Virus record (IMG/VR): IMGVR_UViG_2687453538_000001
Location: 1 to 64,000 of that record
Length of the DNA stretch: 64,000 bases
Strand: one strand, 5' to 3'
Origin: a virus
Taxonomy: Duplodnaviria > Caudoviricetes
The position numbers and the translations under genes were made by a program. The notes beneath the pieces are model-generated. The model was not told where the DNA came from, ran no database searches, and was given only the letters and a program-made list of their open reading frames with translations. This document shows positions 28,798 to 38,567 of this stretch, one piece after another. How positions within the stretch are numbered: position 1 is the stretch's first letter; each line of letters begins with the position of its first letter.

Positions 28798-29985
28798 TCA
28801 AGGAGTGATCAGCGGACCGGTGACGAACGCCTCATCGCGATAAATCGCAAAGGCCAGACGCTCCTCAGCACGGATCGTCGCCATGTTGTTCTCGAAGTCC
28901 TTGTCGTTCTCGGTCGAGATCAGCACTTCGATTTCCATGCGGTCGAAAATCTGAGCGCCGAGCTTGAAGGCTCCGACCAGGAAGTCGTTCTGTGTCATGG
29001 CCTGGGTAGAAACCACTGGGCGATTCCAGAGCTTCGCGTTGGTGCCTTCCTGAGGCTGGCCGATGATGTACCGGCCTTCCCCGTCCTTAGTCAGCTCGAT
29101 GGCTGCCCAGTCGATCGGGTTGAGCACAATGCCGTCGGATGGGAACTCGGCCAGTTCGGCCTGCAGCAGCGCCAGGCGCAGGCGGTCGATTCGCTGCTCG
29201 CCCACTACTGTCACGCCAGCGGGCTGGGCGTAAAGCTGCGCGACAGTCATGAGGCCTTGCAGGTTTGCACCGGTGCCGCTTCCGTAAAGCAACTGGGCCT
29301 CTTCAGCCATGTTCAGGCCGTAGCGCGCACGAGCGTCGATGTAGCTCTGCAATGCCTTGGCATCGTCTAGCATCTGGCGGCTGGCCTTGAACAGATGAGC
29401 GATGGTACGAACGTTTGCGGTCGCCAGGGCGAAGGTGATGTCGGAGTACGGCTTGGCGGTGCCCTCCGCCACGGTGCGCGCGTTGTTGGTGTAGCCGGTT
29501 TCACGGATGTACTCGATGGAGTTCGACTCCGTCTCGCCCGGCGCCACCAGGTCGCGGATCGTCAGTCGGCGTTGCGGCGGCGCGACGACACCGGGCAAAC
29601 GCTGGGCGGGAACCAGGTCGCCACCGGTAGCAGTGGTGATAGCCGCGCGCGGCACGGAGACGCGACGCGAGCCACGGAAGGACGAGTTCATGTCCTGCAT
29701 TTCTTCGCTGCAGATCACCAGGGCACCCACCGACTTTTGCGGTTCTTCCTGATGAGAGCGGTCACGGCTCGCATTCACGAGCTTTTGCTCAGCCTCGCCC
29801 AGGCGCGCCTGCAGCTCGCCCTGCTTGGTCAGCATCTCATCGACCTTGGCGCGAGTTTCGGTATTCATCTCGCCGCTGGCCTTGATCTGTTTCTCGACCG
29901 CCTCGGCCTGGCTTTTGATCTGGTCGCCAATGCCCTTGAGGCTGGCATTGAGTTCTTTGACTTGGGCTTCAAAGTCCATGGTCAT
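28798..29985 (-). CDS. Major capsid protein (HK97 fold)
   Basis: Delta-domain coiled coil, VAEGTAKP, QLLYGSG, IRAEERL. Confidence 0.95.
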   Translation of the reverse strand: MTMDFEAQVKELNASLKGIGDQIKSQAEAVEKQIKASGEMNTETRAKVDEMLTKQGELQARLGEAEQKLVNASRDRSHQEEPQKSVGALVICSEEMQDMNSSFRGSRRVSVPRAAITTATGGDLVPAQRLPGVVAPPQRRLTIRDLVAPGETESNSIEYIRETGYTNNARTVAEGTAKPYSDITFALATANVRTIAHLFKASRQMLDDAKALQSYIDARARYGLNMAEEAQLLYGSGTGANLQGLMTVAQLYAQPAGVTVVGEQRIDRLRLALLQAELAEFPSDGIVLNPIDWAAIELTKDGEGRYIIGQPQEGTNAKLWNRPVVSTQAMTQNDFLVGAFKLGAQIFDRMEIEVLISTENDKDFENNMATIRAEERLAFAIYRDEAFVTGPLITP

Positions 29986-30839
29986 TTTCCTTTCAGAGAA
30001 TTGAGGAGATTGGTTGCCGCGCTCAGAGAGGCGGAGAGGTCTGGCGCGACAGCGCGGGGCTTATCGGTCGGGGCAGCGTTATGCGTGCCCCCGCCGGCAG
30101 CGCGAGGCATACCGGACTTGAAACTGGCGAACAGTTCGCGGCGCTCGGAGCGAGGCATACCGCCCTTGGCCAGGGCTACGTCCATCGCCTTGAGCGCATT
30201 GGCCTGGGCGGCGTCTTCGGTTTCGCGCTCGGTGACCTCGGTGGACGACAACAGTCCAGTGGCCAGGCCGAGTTCCACAGCACGCTTGCCGCGGATGTAG
30301 GTTTCGTCGTCCATCAGTTCGGCCATGTCTTCAGCCGACTGCCCGCTGGTCTCGGCATAGAGGTCGGCCATCGCCGCGTCGAACTCCTCCATGTCGTCGG
30401 CGATATCGCGGAGGTAGTTGCGATTGCCAGCGAGCCAGGTCCAGCAGTTGTGGATCATGAGGAAGGCGCTGCTGGCCACCTCTCGCTTCCTCCCCGCGAG
30501 GAAGACAATCGAAGCAGCGCTGGCCGCCATGCCCAGCACCTTGGTGGTGACCTCGTGGCTGTGCTCTTGGAGGCGGTTATAGATGGCGATGCCTTCGAAC
30601 ATGTCGCCACCTGGGGAGTTGATGTAAACGGTGACATCGCGCTCCCCGATCGCCCGCAAGGCGGCGTCGATTCGTTTCAGCGTGACGCCCTCGCCATACC
30701 AGTCTTCGCCGATCACGCCGTACACCGTGATGGTGTCCGAGGTGTTCTCGACGGCCGCCTGGATCGCGGGGTTCCATTTATCGAGCGCGCGCGGGCTCAT
30801 CTCGCTGCGCAGGCCGCGAGACTGGATCTTGTGTTTCAT
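29982..30839 (-). CDS. ClpP-type prohead maturation protease
   Basis: INSPGGD, GMAASAAS, LMIHN. Confidence 0.93.
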   Translation of the reverse strand: MKHKIQSRGLRSEMSPRALDKWNPAIQAAVENTSDTITVYGVIGEDWYGEGVTLKRIDAALRAIGERDVTVYINSPGGDMFEGIAIYNRLQEHSHEVTTKVLGMAASAASIVFLAGRKREVASSAFLMIHNCWTWLAGNRNYLRDIADDMEEFDAAMADLYAETSGQSAEDMAELMDDETYIRGKRAVELGLATGLLSSTEVTERETEDAAQANALKAMDVALAKGGMPRSERRELFASFKSGMPRAAGGGTHNAAPTDKPRAVAPDLSASLSAATNLLNSLKGK

Positions 30840-30855
30840 GGATTACTCCCGAGAT

Positions 30856-32154
30856 TTACTTTTCCGGCTGTTGAAGCCAGTTCATCAGTGCGGCCCTTGC
30901 GGCCTGACCATCGTCTTGCTTGCCGAGCTGGTCCAGCGGCACCAGGTTCGACTGAACCGTCAGAACGTCACCGCCTGGCATGTGAGGCATGTTGTCTTTT
31001 CGCCGCCCTTCGTTGCGGGTGATGAAGCCGTTCTGGGCCATCGTGCTGAGGTACGCCGCGCGCCCAGAACTGTCGGCCCGCAGAAACGCTTCGAGCGAGA
31101 ACTCCGAATAGAAATTGATCCGGTCTACTGCCGTCATGCACCACTTGTTTACGCACTGCTCGATCGGCGCCGTGAAGGACATGATGCAGTAGGTGAGGAA
31201 CGCGATCTGCTGTTGTTCCAGGCCGGTCCCCCAGTTACTGCCCTTGTCGGTCTTCATCACCATCCAGGGCGGGACGCCGAACCATCGACAAATCTCCTCG
31301 ATGCTGTGCCCTCTCGACTCCAGCAGCTGCGCGTCAGCGGGGTTAATGCCGATCATCTCCGGCTTCACGCCTTGCTCAAGCACAGGACTCTTGCCAGCGT
31401 TCAGCGCCCCGGAGATGGTCTTGACGTACTCACGAAACTCAACGCGCTGGGCCGGGTTAAGTGTTTTGTCGACCGAAAACGCGACCGTAGGCATCATGCC
31501 GTTGCGGAAAGTGCTGTTGGCCGCGTCGTCTGCCGACATCGCCGAGCCAAACACATCCGCGCCGTAGCGAATGGCCGAAAGGCCAACCCGGCCGTCCAAG
31601 GTAAAGGCCGGGATGTGCAGCATGTTCTGCCGCACAATCTCCCGGCGCGCCCCCTTTTGCGGCCTGAAGAAGTATCTCAGCCGGCCGTCATCATCAAACT
31701 CAAGGTCGACTCGGGACGGCATCAGGAAGTCCAGCGCAATGACGCGACCTGCAGATCGGTGAATCTCGCAGTAAGCATTCCCCCACAACAGCATCGAGGC
31801 AACGACTGCCTGCCAGAAGTGGAAGGCGGCCATGTCCTCGTTGGGGCTGGTGTGCACCACGTCGTACAGCGGGAAGTCCCGTGCACTCTCACGACTACCA
31901 TCAGGCATCCTCCGGTAGATGCTCAGGGGCAAGCCCGCAACCGAGGTGGAGATGATGCGGACGCAGGCCCACACTGTGGAAAGCCGCATCGCCTTGTCGA
32001 CGCTGACCGATTTTCCGCTACTGGACTGAGCCCCGAGAAACGAGCCCCAGAAGCCGCCATCTGACAGCTTGATGCTCTTGCCCAACCATTCGCTCATGCT
32101 GGCTGATGGCTTGGCAGCCGCAGCCCCCAAAGCCTGGGATAAGGTTTTAATCAC
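30856..32154 (-). CDS. HK97-family portal protein
   Basis: VWACV, LLWGNAY, EICRWFGVPP, TRNEGR. Confidence 0.95.
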   Translation of the reverse strand: MIKTLSQALGAAAAKPSASMSEWLGKSIKLSDGGFWGSFLGAQSSSGKSVSVDKAMRLSTVWACVRIISTSVAGLPLSIYRRMPDGSRESARDFPLYDVVHTSPNEDMAAFHFWQAVVASMLLWGNAYCEIHRSAGRVIALDFLMPSRVDLEFDDDGRLRYFFRPQKGARREIVRQNMLHIPAFTLDGRVGLSAIRYGADVFGSAMSADDAANSTFRNGMMPTVAFSVDKTLNPAQRVEFREYVKTISGALNAGKSPVLEQGVKPEMIGINPADAQLLESRGHSIEEICRWFGVPPWMVMKTDKGSNWGTGLEQQQIAFLTYCIMSFTAPIEQCVNKWCMTAVDRINFYSEFSLEAFLRADSSGRAAYLSTMAQNGFITRNEGRRKDNMPHMPGGDVLTVQSNLVPLDQLGKQDDGQAARAALMNWLQQPEK

Positions 32155-32308
32155 TGGTCAGCCCTCGGCGAAGGAAACCGGCGATGCAGAAGAAGCTCAC
32201 AGCTCCTGCAATCAAGGCCCAGCCAGTACCGGCCAGCACCCATACCCCAGCACATGCCAGAGAGAAAGCCACCAGAGCGCAGGCGATGAAAATGTGAAGT
32301 GCGTTCAT
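32147..32308 (-). CDS. Small membrane protein between terL and portal
   Basis: 53-aa hydrophobic ORF overlapping both neighbours (below ORF-track cutoff). Confidence 0.55.
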   Translation of the reverse strand: MNALHIFIACALVAFSLACAGVWVLAGTGWALIAGAVSFFCIAGFLRRGLTSD

Positions 32309-33984
32309 GCGATCAGTGGGTCCCGAATGCCAGCCATGAAGTTGTCCATTCCCCCGCGTCCCTCAGGATTGAGGCTGATCAGAGAAACAGCGTTGAATGT
32401 AGCCATTAGCGGGTCGATCTTCGCCGTGCCCGAGGCTTGCTTGGTGATCAAGAAGGCGTTGGCTGACGGCACCCCTTTGGCGTTGCCGCACGACCAGGCC
32501 ATGAGCGGCTGGCCGCAATGCAACAGCGTGCCCTCAGCGAGCTTGCGCTCCGTCGTCTTGATCGCGCCGGTAAGTTTCCAGCCTTGGGAGATGCCAACGA
32601 TCTTGTCCTCTTCGACACCAGCGTCGGCCAGGGCGTCGAGAACAGAACCAATCCCCGCCGGGTCGAGCCCGACCTTGTCCAGCAAGCCGGTCTCGCTGAT
32701 GCGGGCGACGATGGCTGCGAACTGCTCCACGTCCTCACCGATGCGCTTGACGATGGTCAGATCGCCCACCGCCTCAAGATCCTTTAGCCGCGGGGCTTCG
32801 GACTTGCGACGCTCAAGGACCGACGGGTGGGCCCAAGCGTGAGCCCAGTGGAACCAACGGCGGGTGCTCGCTTCCCGGCCGACGACGGCAAGCCCAAGCA
32901 AGTCGTCGAGCCCTCCTCCATCACCACCCACATCGATGACTTCACACCGCTCAAGGATTTCATTTAGGTTGAGCCAAGTGGCTGCCTGTGGCTCCCAGAA
33001 TTCGGCACCAACCCAGGCATCAGACATCAGGGCCAGGCCGATCTCGATGTTGAGGTGCTTGGCCAGGAAACCACGCAGTTCCGCCTCCCCGTCGATCTCC
33101 GCCTGCATGAACAAGCGCTCAAGCGTTGGGCGGTCGACCGAGAACCCCATATTGGGATTCACCAGGTGGAAGTTCTCTGGCTTGCGGGCATCACCGCTGT
33201 CGATCATCTCCTTGGAGAATTCGTAGATGATCGGCAGGAAGCGATTGTCGTTGATCCGGCCATCACGCACGCCGCGTGCATAGTTCAGCTTCGACCGGAA
33301 TACCCCAGCGGGCGGTTCGTTCGACTGCGTGGTCAGCCAGATAACGAAGCCTTCGGGCCGGGACAGCAGACCGCCGGTGGCCTCCCGAATCATGTCGGCC
33401 GCTTTCGGGTTCTTGCCGAACAACCAGGCCTCATCGATCAGCACGCCCACGGCCTTTTTGCCGCCCACCACGTCGCTGTCAGCAGCGACTACCTTCAGCG
33501 TGGCGCCGGTCTCCCGATGGGTGATCAGTCGAAGGTGTGGCTGCACATGCAGCAGATCCTTCAACTCGTCATCGTTGTTGACCATGTCCTTGGCCGGAAC
33601 GAAGGCGTTGTCGGCAATCTCTTTGGTCGGCGCGAGGATGATGAACTCTGCCGACATCCGCCAGTTCCGGACCAGGGCTGTCAGCATGATCGCGGCGGCG
33701 ATGGTCGACTTGCTGTTTTTCTTCGGGATGCAGAGCATGAACTCCCGAATCAGGCGTTCACCGGTCTCGCTGTTGTAACTGCCAAAGACAGCACCTGCGA
33801 AAGCCAGGACCCATGGGGCACATGCGCTTTCGATAGTTGGACTGCCCGGGGCATCGACAATGCGAAGGCCCTTGAAAACCTCGAGGCTTTCTTCTGCCTC
33901 CTGGGGAAAGAGCGGTTCTGGAATGATGGATTCGCTGGCAGCCAGACGCCGCCACCAGTCAGGGCAGGCCGTGGTCCAAAGCAT
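32305..33984 (-). CDS. Terminase large subunit
   Basis: IPKKNSKST Walker A variant, VLIDE Walker B, KIDPLMA. Confidence 0.95.
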   Translation of the reverse strand: MLWTTACPDWWRRLAASESIIPEPLFPQEAEESLEVFKGLRIVDAPGSPTIESACAPWVLAFAGAVFGSYNSETGERLIREFMLCIPKKNSKSTIAAAIMLTALVRNWRMSAEFIILAPTKEIADNAFVPAKDMVNNDDELKDLLHVQPHLRLITHRETGATLKVVAADSDVVGGKKAVGVLIDEAWLFGKNPKAADMIREATGGLLSRPEGFVIWLTTQSNEPPAGVFRSKLNYARGVRDGRINDNRFLPIIYEFSKEMIDSGDARKPENFHLVNPNMGFSVDRPTLERLFMQAEIDGEAELRGFLAKHLNIEIGLALMSDAWVGAEFWEPQAATWLNLNEILERCEVIDVGGDGGGLDDLLGLAVVGREASTRRWFHWAHAWAHPSVLERRKSEAPRLKDLEAVGDLTIVKRIGEDVEQFAAIVARISETGLLDKVGLDPAGIGSVLDALADAGVEEDKIVGISQGWKLTGAIKTTERKLAEGTLLHCGQPLMAWSCGNAKGVPSANAFLITKQASGTAKIDPLMATFNAVSLISLNPEGRGGMDNFMAGIRDPLIA

Positions 33985-33987
33985 GAG

Positions 33988-34494
33988 TCACCCCTTGACG
34001 ACTGTGAGGGGCGGCTTGCTCTGGGAGTACTTGCCTTTGCCCGCCTCTTTCGCGGCTTCCGCCTTCTGCTCTTTCTTGCCTGCCTCGGCCTTCTTCCCGT
34101 GGATGTACGGCACGGCCGTCTGCGCAGCGTTGCGCCGGTCGAAGACTTTGGCCCGAGGCTCGTTCATCAGCGCAATCAACCACTCGAGCGGATCCTGTGT
34201 GTCTGGAAGACAGCTCAGGAACTCGCCGTCCGCCTCGTTGACCTCGACAGGGTCTTCAGCGGCATCATCGGCCTTCGCTTTGCCTCTACGTTTTTTCGGC
34301 TCAGGGTTAACACTGAGCTCTGCTCTTCGAGCGAGAATTGCGGCCACAATCTTCGGATCAGTAGCCCAACGCGAGCCAGCCGCTGCAGCTGCCGAAGGCT
34401 TGCTGCCCGCGGCTTCGGCCGCTTCTTTGTTTGACGCACCCCGGGCCTTAGCGTCAACAAACTGTCGCTGTTTGTCTGTTAACACCATTAACAA
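33988..34494 (-). CDS. Terminase small subunit
   Basis: LTDKQRQFV..EAAEAAG HTH. Confidence 0.88.
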   Translation of the reverse strand: MLMVLTDKQRQFVDAKARGASNKEAAEAAGSKPSAAAAAGSRWATDPKIVAAILARRAELSVNPEPKKRRGKAKADDAAEDPVEVNEADGEFLSCLPDTQDPLEWLIALMNEPRAKVFDRRNAAQTAVPYIHGKKAEAGKKEQKAEAAKEAGKGKYSQSKPPLTVVKG

Positions 34495-34600
34495 AAACCT
34501 TTAGGGGGGAGAAAAATGTATACGTGGGGTCGGTGGCGGTCTAGCTAGATGAGAATCCCTAGCTTTTGACCCCCCTCCCCCTTTTGTGGCACATCGTTGA
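34495..34600. other. Probable cos region
   Basis: Between HNH and terS, flanked by G- and C-tracts as in HK97-like phages. Confidence 0.45.
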
Positions 34601-34641
34601 CGTGCCCTTGATGGCTTGGTTGGCGTGCAAACTTGCTTGAG

Positions 34642-34983
34642 TCAGCCCGCCACGCCCGCAGCCTCCTCTGCCTGCTTGACTGAGTCGTGGCAGGGCTTAC
34701 ACAGCGACTGCCAGTTGTCCTGGTTCCAGAACAGAACCTTGTCGCCTCGGTGCGCGACGATGTGGTCAACGATGAAGGCTGCGGTGGTTCGGCCCTGCCT
34801 CGCGCAGTAGACGCACAGCGGGTTGTCCATAAGATACCGCTCGCGCGCCTTCTGCCACTTGTAGTCGTAGCCGCGCTGGGAACTGGTCATGCCGCTGCGC
34901 CAACTGCCAGGAGTCACCACCTTGACCCGAGAGCCGGTGTTTTCCTTGATACGAGGACTGAGCGTCTTGAGTCTGGCCATCAC
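34642..34983 (-). CDS. Terminase-associated HNH endonuclease
   Basis: RGYDYKW, CVYC, VDHI, NWQSLCKPCH. Confidence 0.92.
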   Translation of the reverse strand: MMARLKTLSPRIKENTGSRVKVVTPGSWRSGMTSSQRGYDYKWQKARERYLMDNPLCVYCARQGRTTAAFIVDHIVAHRGDKVLFWNQDNWQSLCKPCHDSVKQAEEAAGVAG

Positions 34984-35300
34984 TGCGTTTCCCTGCTCAG
35001 CGCCTCTACCGCCCTGTCGGCGGCCTTGGTTGCAGTGGTTGCAGCCTTCGAAGCCTTGGCAGCGGCGCTGTCGGTTCGCTTGGTCAACTCGTCCAGGCGT
35101 TTGTCGCGCTCAGCCATAGCCGCATCGTAGGCCTCCCGGATCTGGGTCACCTGGCTGGCCTGGGTGCTGGCCATGGCCCAGTAGGCAGACTGCCAGCCCA
35201 AGACAGCACCACCAGCTATCAGCACGGCAGCGATCAGCCATACCTCAACACGACGCCACCAACGTCTGGCGATGTACTCCAGTATGCATCTGTCCATCAC
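34980..35300 (-). CDS. Membrane-anchored coiled-coil protein (possibly lysis)
   Basis: Single TM plus coiled coil; late operon. Confidence 0.65.
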   Translation of the reverse strand: MMDRCILEYIARRWWRRVEVWLIAAVLIAGGAVLGWQSAYWAMASTQASQVTQIREAYDAAMAERDKRLDELTKRTDSAAAKASKAATTATKAADRAVEALSRETQ

Positions 35301-35668
35301 GATGTACCTCCCAGCTTGGTGCGCAGCCGGGCGATCTCATCGCTCTGCAGCGTTACTCGCTCTGTGAGGCTGGCTACCTGGCTGGTCAGCGCCTCTATCT
35401 TGCCTTCCATCCGACCGACCGTTGCAGCCAGGTCATTGCGTTCCTTGGCGAACTGATCGGCACGGGCTTCTGCCAGCTTCCGGGCCTCTCGCTCGGAGTC
35501 GAGCAGTTCATTGAGACGGCGGACAGTGCCGATATCGGCGTTGTCCATGGCACGATCAGTGGCGTCCTTTGACAGGAACTTGCGCAGCCACAGAAATCCG
35601 CCCAGCAGGACAGTGCCCGTACCGCCCAGCCAGGTGGCTGTGCCTGGGCCGAGGTCGGTCGGGTCCAT
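35297..35668 (-). CDS. Membrane-anchored coiled-coil protein (holin candidate)
   Basis: N-terminal TM; occupies the usual holin position. Confidence 0.6.
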   Translation of the reverse strand: MDPTDLGPGTATWLGGTGTVLLGGFLWLRKFLSKDATDRAMDNADIGTVRRLNELLDSEREARKLAEARADQFAKERNDLAATVGRMEGKIEALTSQVASLTERVTLQSDEIARLRTKLGGTS

Positions 35669-35696
35669 TCATTACTCCATCAGTTGGATAGGTCGT

Positions 35697-36317
35697 TCAG
35701 CCGCGGTGGAGCATGCCGCCGGGCTTGAGCTCGTCGCAGATCACCTGGCGGATCTGGTCGGCTGGGTCAGTGATCTGCAGGGTCGCGACACTTGGCCAGT
35801 CTGCAAGAGCAGAGGCCAGGTCGACGGACGGCTCTGAACGATCCTCACCGGAGTAGATACCGGTCGCGACGTGCTTGCCTTGCTCGGTGATCTGCGTCTT
35901 CCACGACCTCAACGCACTCACCTGGTCATCGATGGCAGCTTGGCTGATGAACATCTGACCATCGACCACAACGTATTGCTCACCCGGCTCATTGGCACGC
36001 TTCACGACCTCAAGCTGGCCGGCCCCAGCGGAATGCAGAACCGCGTTCGCAGCCCGGATCTGCCGAGCCGACTCGCCGTAGAAGCTGACCTTGCCCATGC
36101 GCAGAGGCTCAACCTCTTGGCCTGGGTCAATGCACAGCTGAGATGGTTCGCCAATCCCATACTCAGCACCTCCAAGCTTGAACTCGCCAGTCTTCAAGTT
36201 CACTTCAATCAATGGGCGGCCCTGGCTGTCCGTAGCCTTGGAGCAGACCGTTGCCACCCCCTGCTCCAGCAAGGCGGCCTTGAGCGCATCCAGCTGCGCT
36301 TGAGTGGATTCGCTCAT
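35697..36317 (-). CDS. Hypothetical protein with J C-terminal-like motifs
   Basis: VVDGQMFISQAAI resembles INNGQVFMNSAII in J; INLKTGEF resembles INFVTNEF. Confidence 0.6.
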   Translation of the reverse strand: MSESTQAQLDALKAALLEQGVATVCSKATDSQGRPLIEVNLKTGEFKLGGAEYGIGEPSQLCIDPGQEVEPLRMGKVSFYGESARQIRAANAVLHSAGAGQLEVVKRANEPGEQYVVVDGQMFISQAAIDDQVSALRSWKTQITEQGKHVATGIYSGEDRSEPSVDLASALADWPSVATLQITDPADQIRQVICDELKPGGMLHRG

Positions 36318-36429
36318 CAGTTGCTCCAGAAACAAGACTGACTTTGTGGAATCTAAAGATCAAATGGTAGTCATTGATTTGGACAACCGAGTTAAGGCGG
36401 TCAAAGGGCAGGTCAAGTATCCCAGCACT

Positions 36430-36642
36430 CTAGCGAGGTGCTTGGGCTTCTGAGCCAAACAATACGACCTCGATCTCGGCCAGCTTTCGCTCGTTCTCGC
36501 GGAGGCTGGCTTCTTGATACGCTACAAAGCCGTCCGCATGGGCAAGCTTTTCTTGCGCGTCGCACTGAATAGCCTTGGCCTCTCGCAGCTTCTGCTCGCA
36601 ACTGAGAATATCCTCGACGAGGCAGCGATATTTGCTTTTCAT
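36430..36642 (-). CDS. Small coiled-coil protein
   Basis: GGAGA RBS; 70 aa. Confidence 0.55.
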   Translation of the reverse strand: MKSKYRCLVEDILSCEQKLREAKAIQCDAQEKLAHADGFVAYQEASLRENERKLAEIEVVLFGSEAQAPR

Positions 36643-36808
36643 GCTGATCTCCAGAAACGAAAAAGCCTCGAAACGGGCCGAGGCTTGAAGGTTGAGTTAA
36701 CTCGTTGTCGCCTTCCACAGGCAAAAAAAACCGCCCTAAGGCGGCCAGCTTATTAAATATCGACGAAATCCCAAATCCTTTGGCCGAGACTCAGCTTAAA
36801 GTAGCTAA

Positions 36809-36988
36809 TTAAGATCTTTCAGGCTTTGTCTTTTTATCTACTTCCGCGTCTTTTTCGTGACGACTGTAGAGCTCGGCTTTCGACGCGCGCTCGGTATTTG
36901 TGCGCTTAACTTCATCTTTGCCGGAACCTTGGGCGGGCTTACGATCAGCAGAACCGTTTCCGCCCTGGTTGGATTTTTTGTCCGTCAT
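36809..36988 (-). CDS. Small hydrophilic protein
   Basis: GAGG RBS; highly charged 59 aa. Confidence 0.45.
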   Translation of the reverse strand: MTDKKSNQGGNGSADRKPAQGSGKDEVKRTNTERASKAELYSRHEKDAEVDKKTKPERS

Positions 36989-37172
36989 ATAAACCTCGAA
37001 TGAGTCCGTATGGTCGAACTCGGAAATCATTAACTCAGCTTGAGCACCATTAATCCCTACAGGAACAATAGGCCCTCTGTCTAAGCCTGGCTCATCATCA
37101 TCGGGGGTATACCCTAATGGATCATCGGCCTCGAGAAGAGAATCTTGTAGAAGGGTTTCTTTGGAGACTGGG

Positions 37173-37412
37173 TTACCAGCGTCTCCCAGGATGTGCCCAG
37201 ATCTCGTCATTGCGACTGAACTTTTTGGCATTCGCGGCTTCTGGCCGTGAAGGAGCTGGCTCCTGCTCTGGCATCGTATCCGGATCGACATAATCATCTC
37301 GATCCTCAGGAGTTGCTCGGTCTAACCCCTCACGTTTTTCGGTTTCAGATTCATCATCTTTATTAGGCTGAACCCCTTGCGCACTTCCCGGAATGTTCAT
37401 TTCACTAGACAT
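37173..37412 (-). CDS. Small acidic protein (possibly frameshifted)
   Basis: AGAGG RBS; acidic composition continues in another frame. Confidence 0.4.
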   Translation of the reverse strand: MSSEMNIPGSAQGVQPNKDDESETEKREGLDRATPEDRDDYVDPDTMPEQEPAPSRPEAANAKKFSRNDEIWAHPGRRW

Positions 37413-37601
37413 AAGTACCTCTCATTAACTCAGAAAATCCGAGCTAAATTGAGTATGCGCCTTATACACCTTCGAGAATTATATATCTGACCACCGGCAA
37501 AAATAGAAACCCCAGCGCATTGGCCGGGGGTCTCTGTGTCGTGCCGTTGCAAGCTGGACACGCTGCTATGAAAACAGGTGTTTATCCGCGCGGAAAGCTT
37601 T

Positions 37602-37991
37602 TTATGCTGCCTCGCGCAACTGTTCCAAGGCGCAATCGATCCATGCCACTCCAGTGTTGATCAGCTCGCGTGCCTTGGCCTCACTCATCTTGTGCTCGCG
37701 GGCGATCCGCAGCGCCGGCCATTTAGCCCCGAAGTACAGCCAGACGAAGCCGCCCATCTGCGGGTTGCGCTTGTTCAGCCTGGCTACGGCTGCGTCCACC
37801 GCAAGTGCTAGGTCGTCCGTGATTACGTACTGCTTGAGCCCTCCTTCCGCCGGAACGTGCTCCTTCATCAGCGCATACAGCGGGCATACATACTGAGGCA
37901 CACCCATTCCATCCATGCGCCACCAGCCCCATTGCTCGAGCATGTAAGCAGTGTCACCAAGGGCCTTGTCTACGTAGGTTCGTTTTTTCAT
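37602..37991 (-). CDS. Antiterminator Q
   Basis: LEQWGWW..ITDD.AL.VD.AVARL..GVAWID; precedes late operon. Confidence 0.85.
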   Translation of the reverse strand: MKKRTYVDKALGDTAYMLEQWGWWRMDGMGVPQYVCPLYALMKEHVPAEGGLKQYVITDDLALAVDAAVARLNKRNPQMGGFVWLYFGAKWPALRIAREHKMSEAKARELINTGVAWIDCALEQLREAA

Positions 37992-38001
37992 GTCCTTCCC
38001 C

Positions 38002-38322
38002 TCAATCCCCGGTGTAATTGGTGCCGCCGGCGCCGAGCCGGTTGCCATCCTGATATGCCGTCGCCGGACCTGTGGTCCGCGCTTTCCTCAACTGCTCGAT
38101 CTGCCGTGTCGCGGCCATCAGCCTCATACTGAGCTGGGTCACCAGTTCACCCAGGGCCAGGGCCTCGCCAGTTGCAGCCACCACCCAGCCCGAGGCGTTG
38201 CAGTGGTCGCATGGCAGTTCGTAAAACAAACTCTTGGTGACCGCTCTCCCACGGCACACAGGACAATGAGCCAGCTCGATCAAGGCCTTCTTGAAGGCTG
38301 GGCCGTGGCTCTTCTTCATCAT
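38002..38322 (-). CDS. Zn-finger hypothetical protein
   Basis: CPVC.G..CDHCNASG. Confidence 0.7.
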   Translation of the reverse strand: MMKKSHGPAFKKALIELAHCPVCRGRAVTKSLFYELPCDHCNASGWVVAATGEALALGELVTQLSMRLMAATRQIEQLRKARTTGPATAYQDGNRLGAGGTNYTGD

Positions 38323-38567
38323 TGCCCCGTCTTCACCCAGCGGCGGATACGAAGCTCGCAACCACTGATGAGCGCGACGCCGTTCGCGCAACCGTAATGA
38401 GTCGCCCGACGCTTGCAGCCGCAGTGACACCGGCGCCGAGCCTTGGCTGGCTTCGGCTCCAGGTAGCGGATGTGCCGGCTGCTACTGCCAACTTGCCCCC
38501 ATCCATCGACCCCGCCGCGCATCGCTGCAGATCGGGCTGCCGGGGAAAGACTGTTCAAATCGGTCAT
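38319..38567 (-). CDS. Small Cys-rich hypothetical protein
   Basis: Overlapping start and stop with both neighbours. Confidence 0.55.
   Translation of the reverse strand: MTDLNSLSPAARSAAMRGGVDGWGQVGSSSRHIRYLEPKPAKARRRCHCGCKRRATHYGCANGVALISGCELRIRRWVKTGQ

Noticed and set aside
29395-34434. Long plus-strand ORFs (301-477 aa) over the head genes
   Set aside because: Shadows of capsid, protease, portal and terminase genes.
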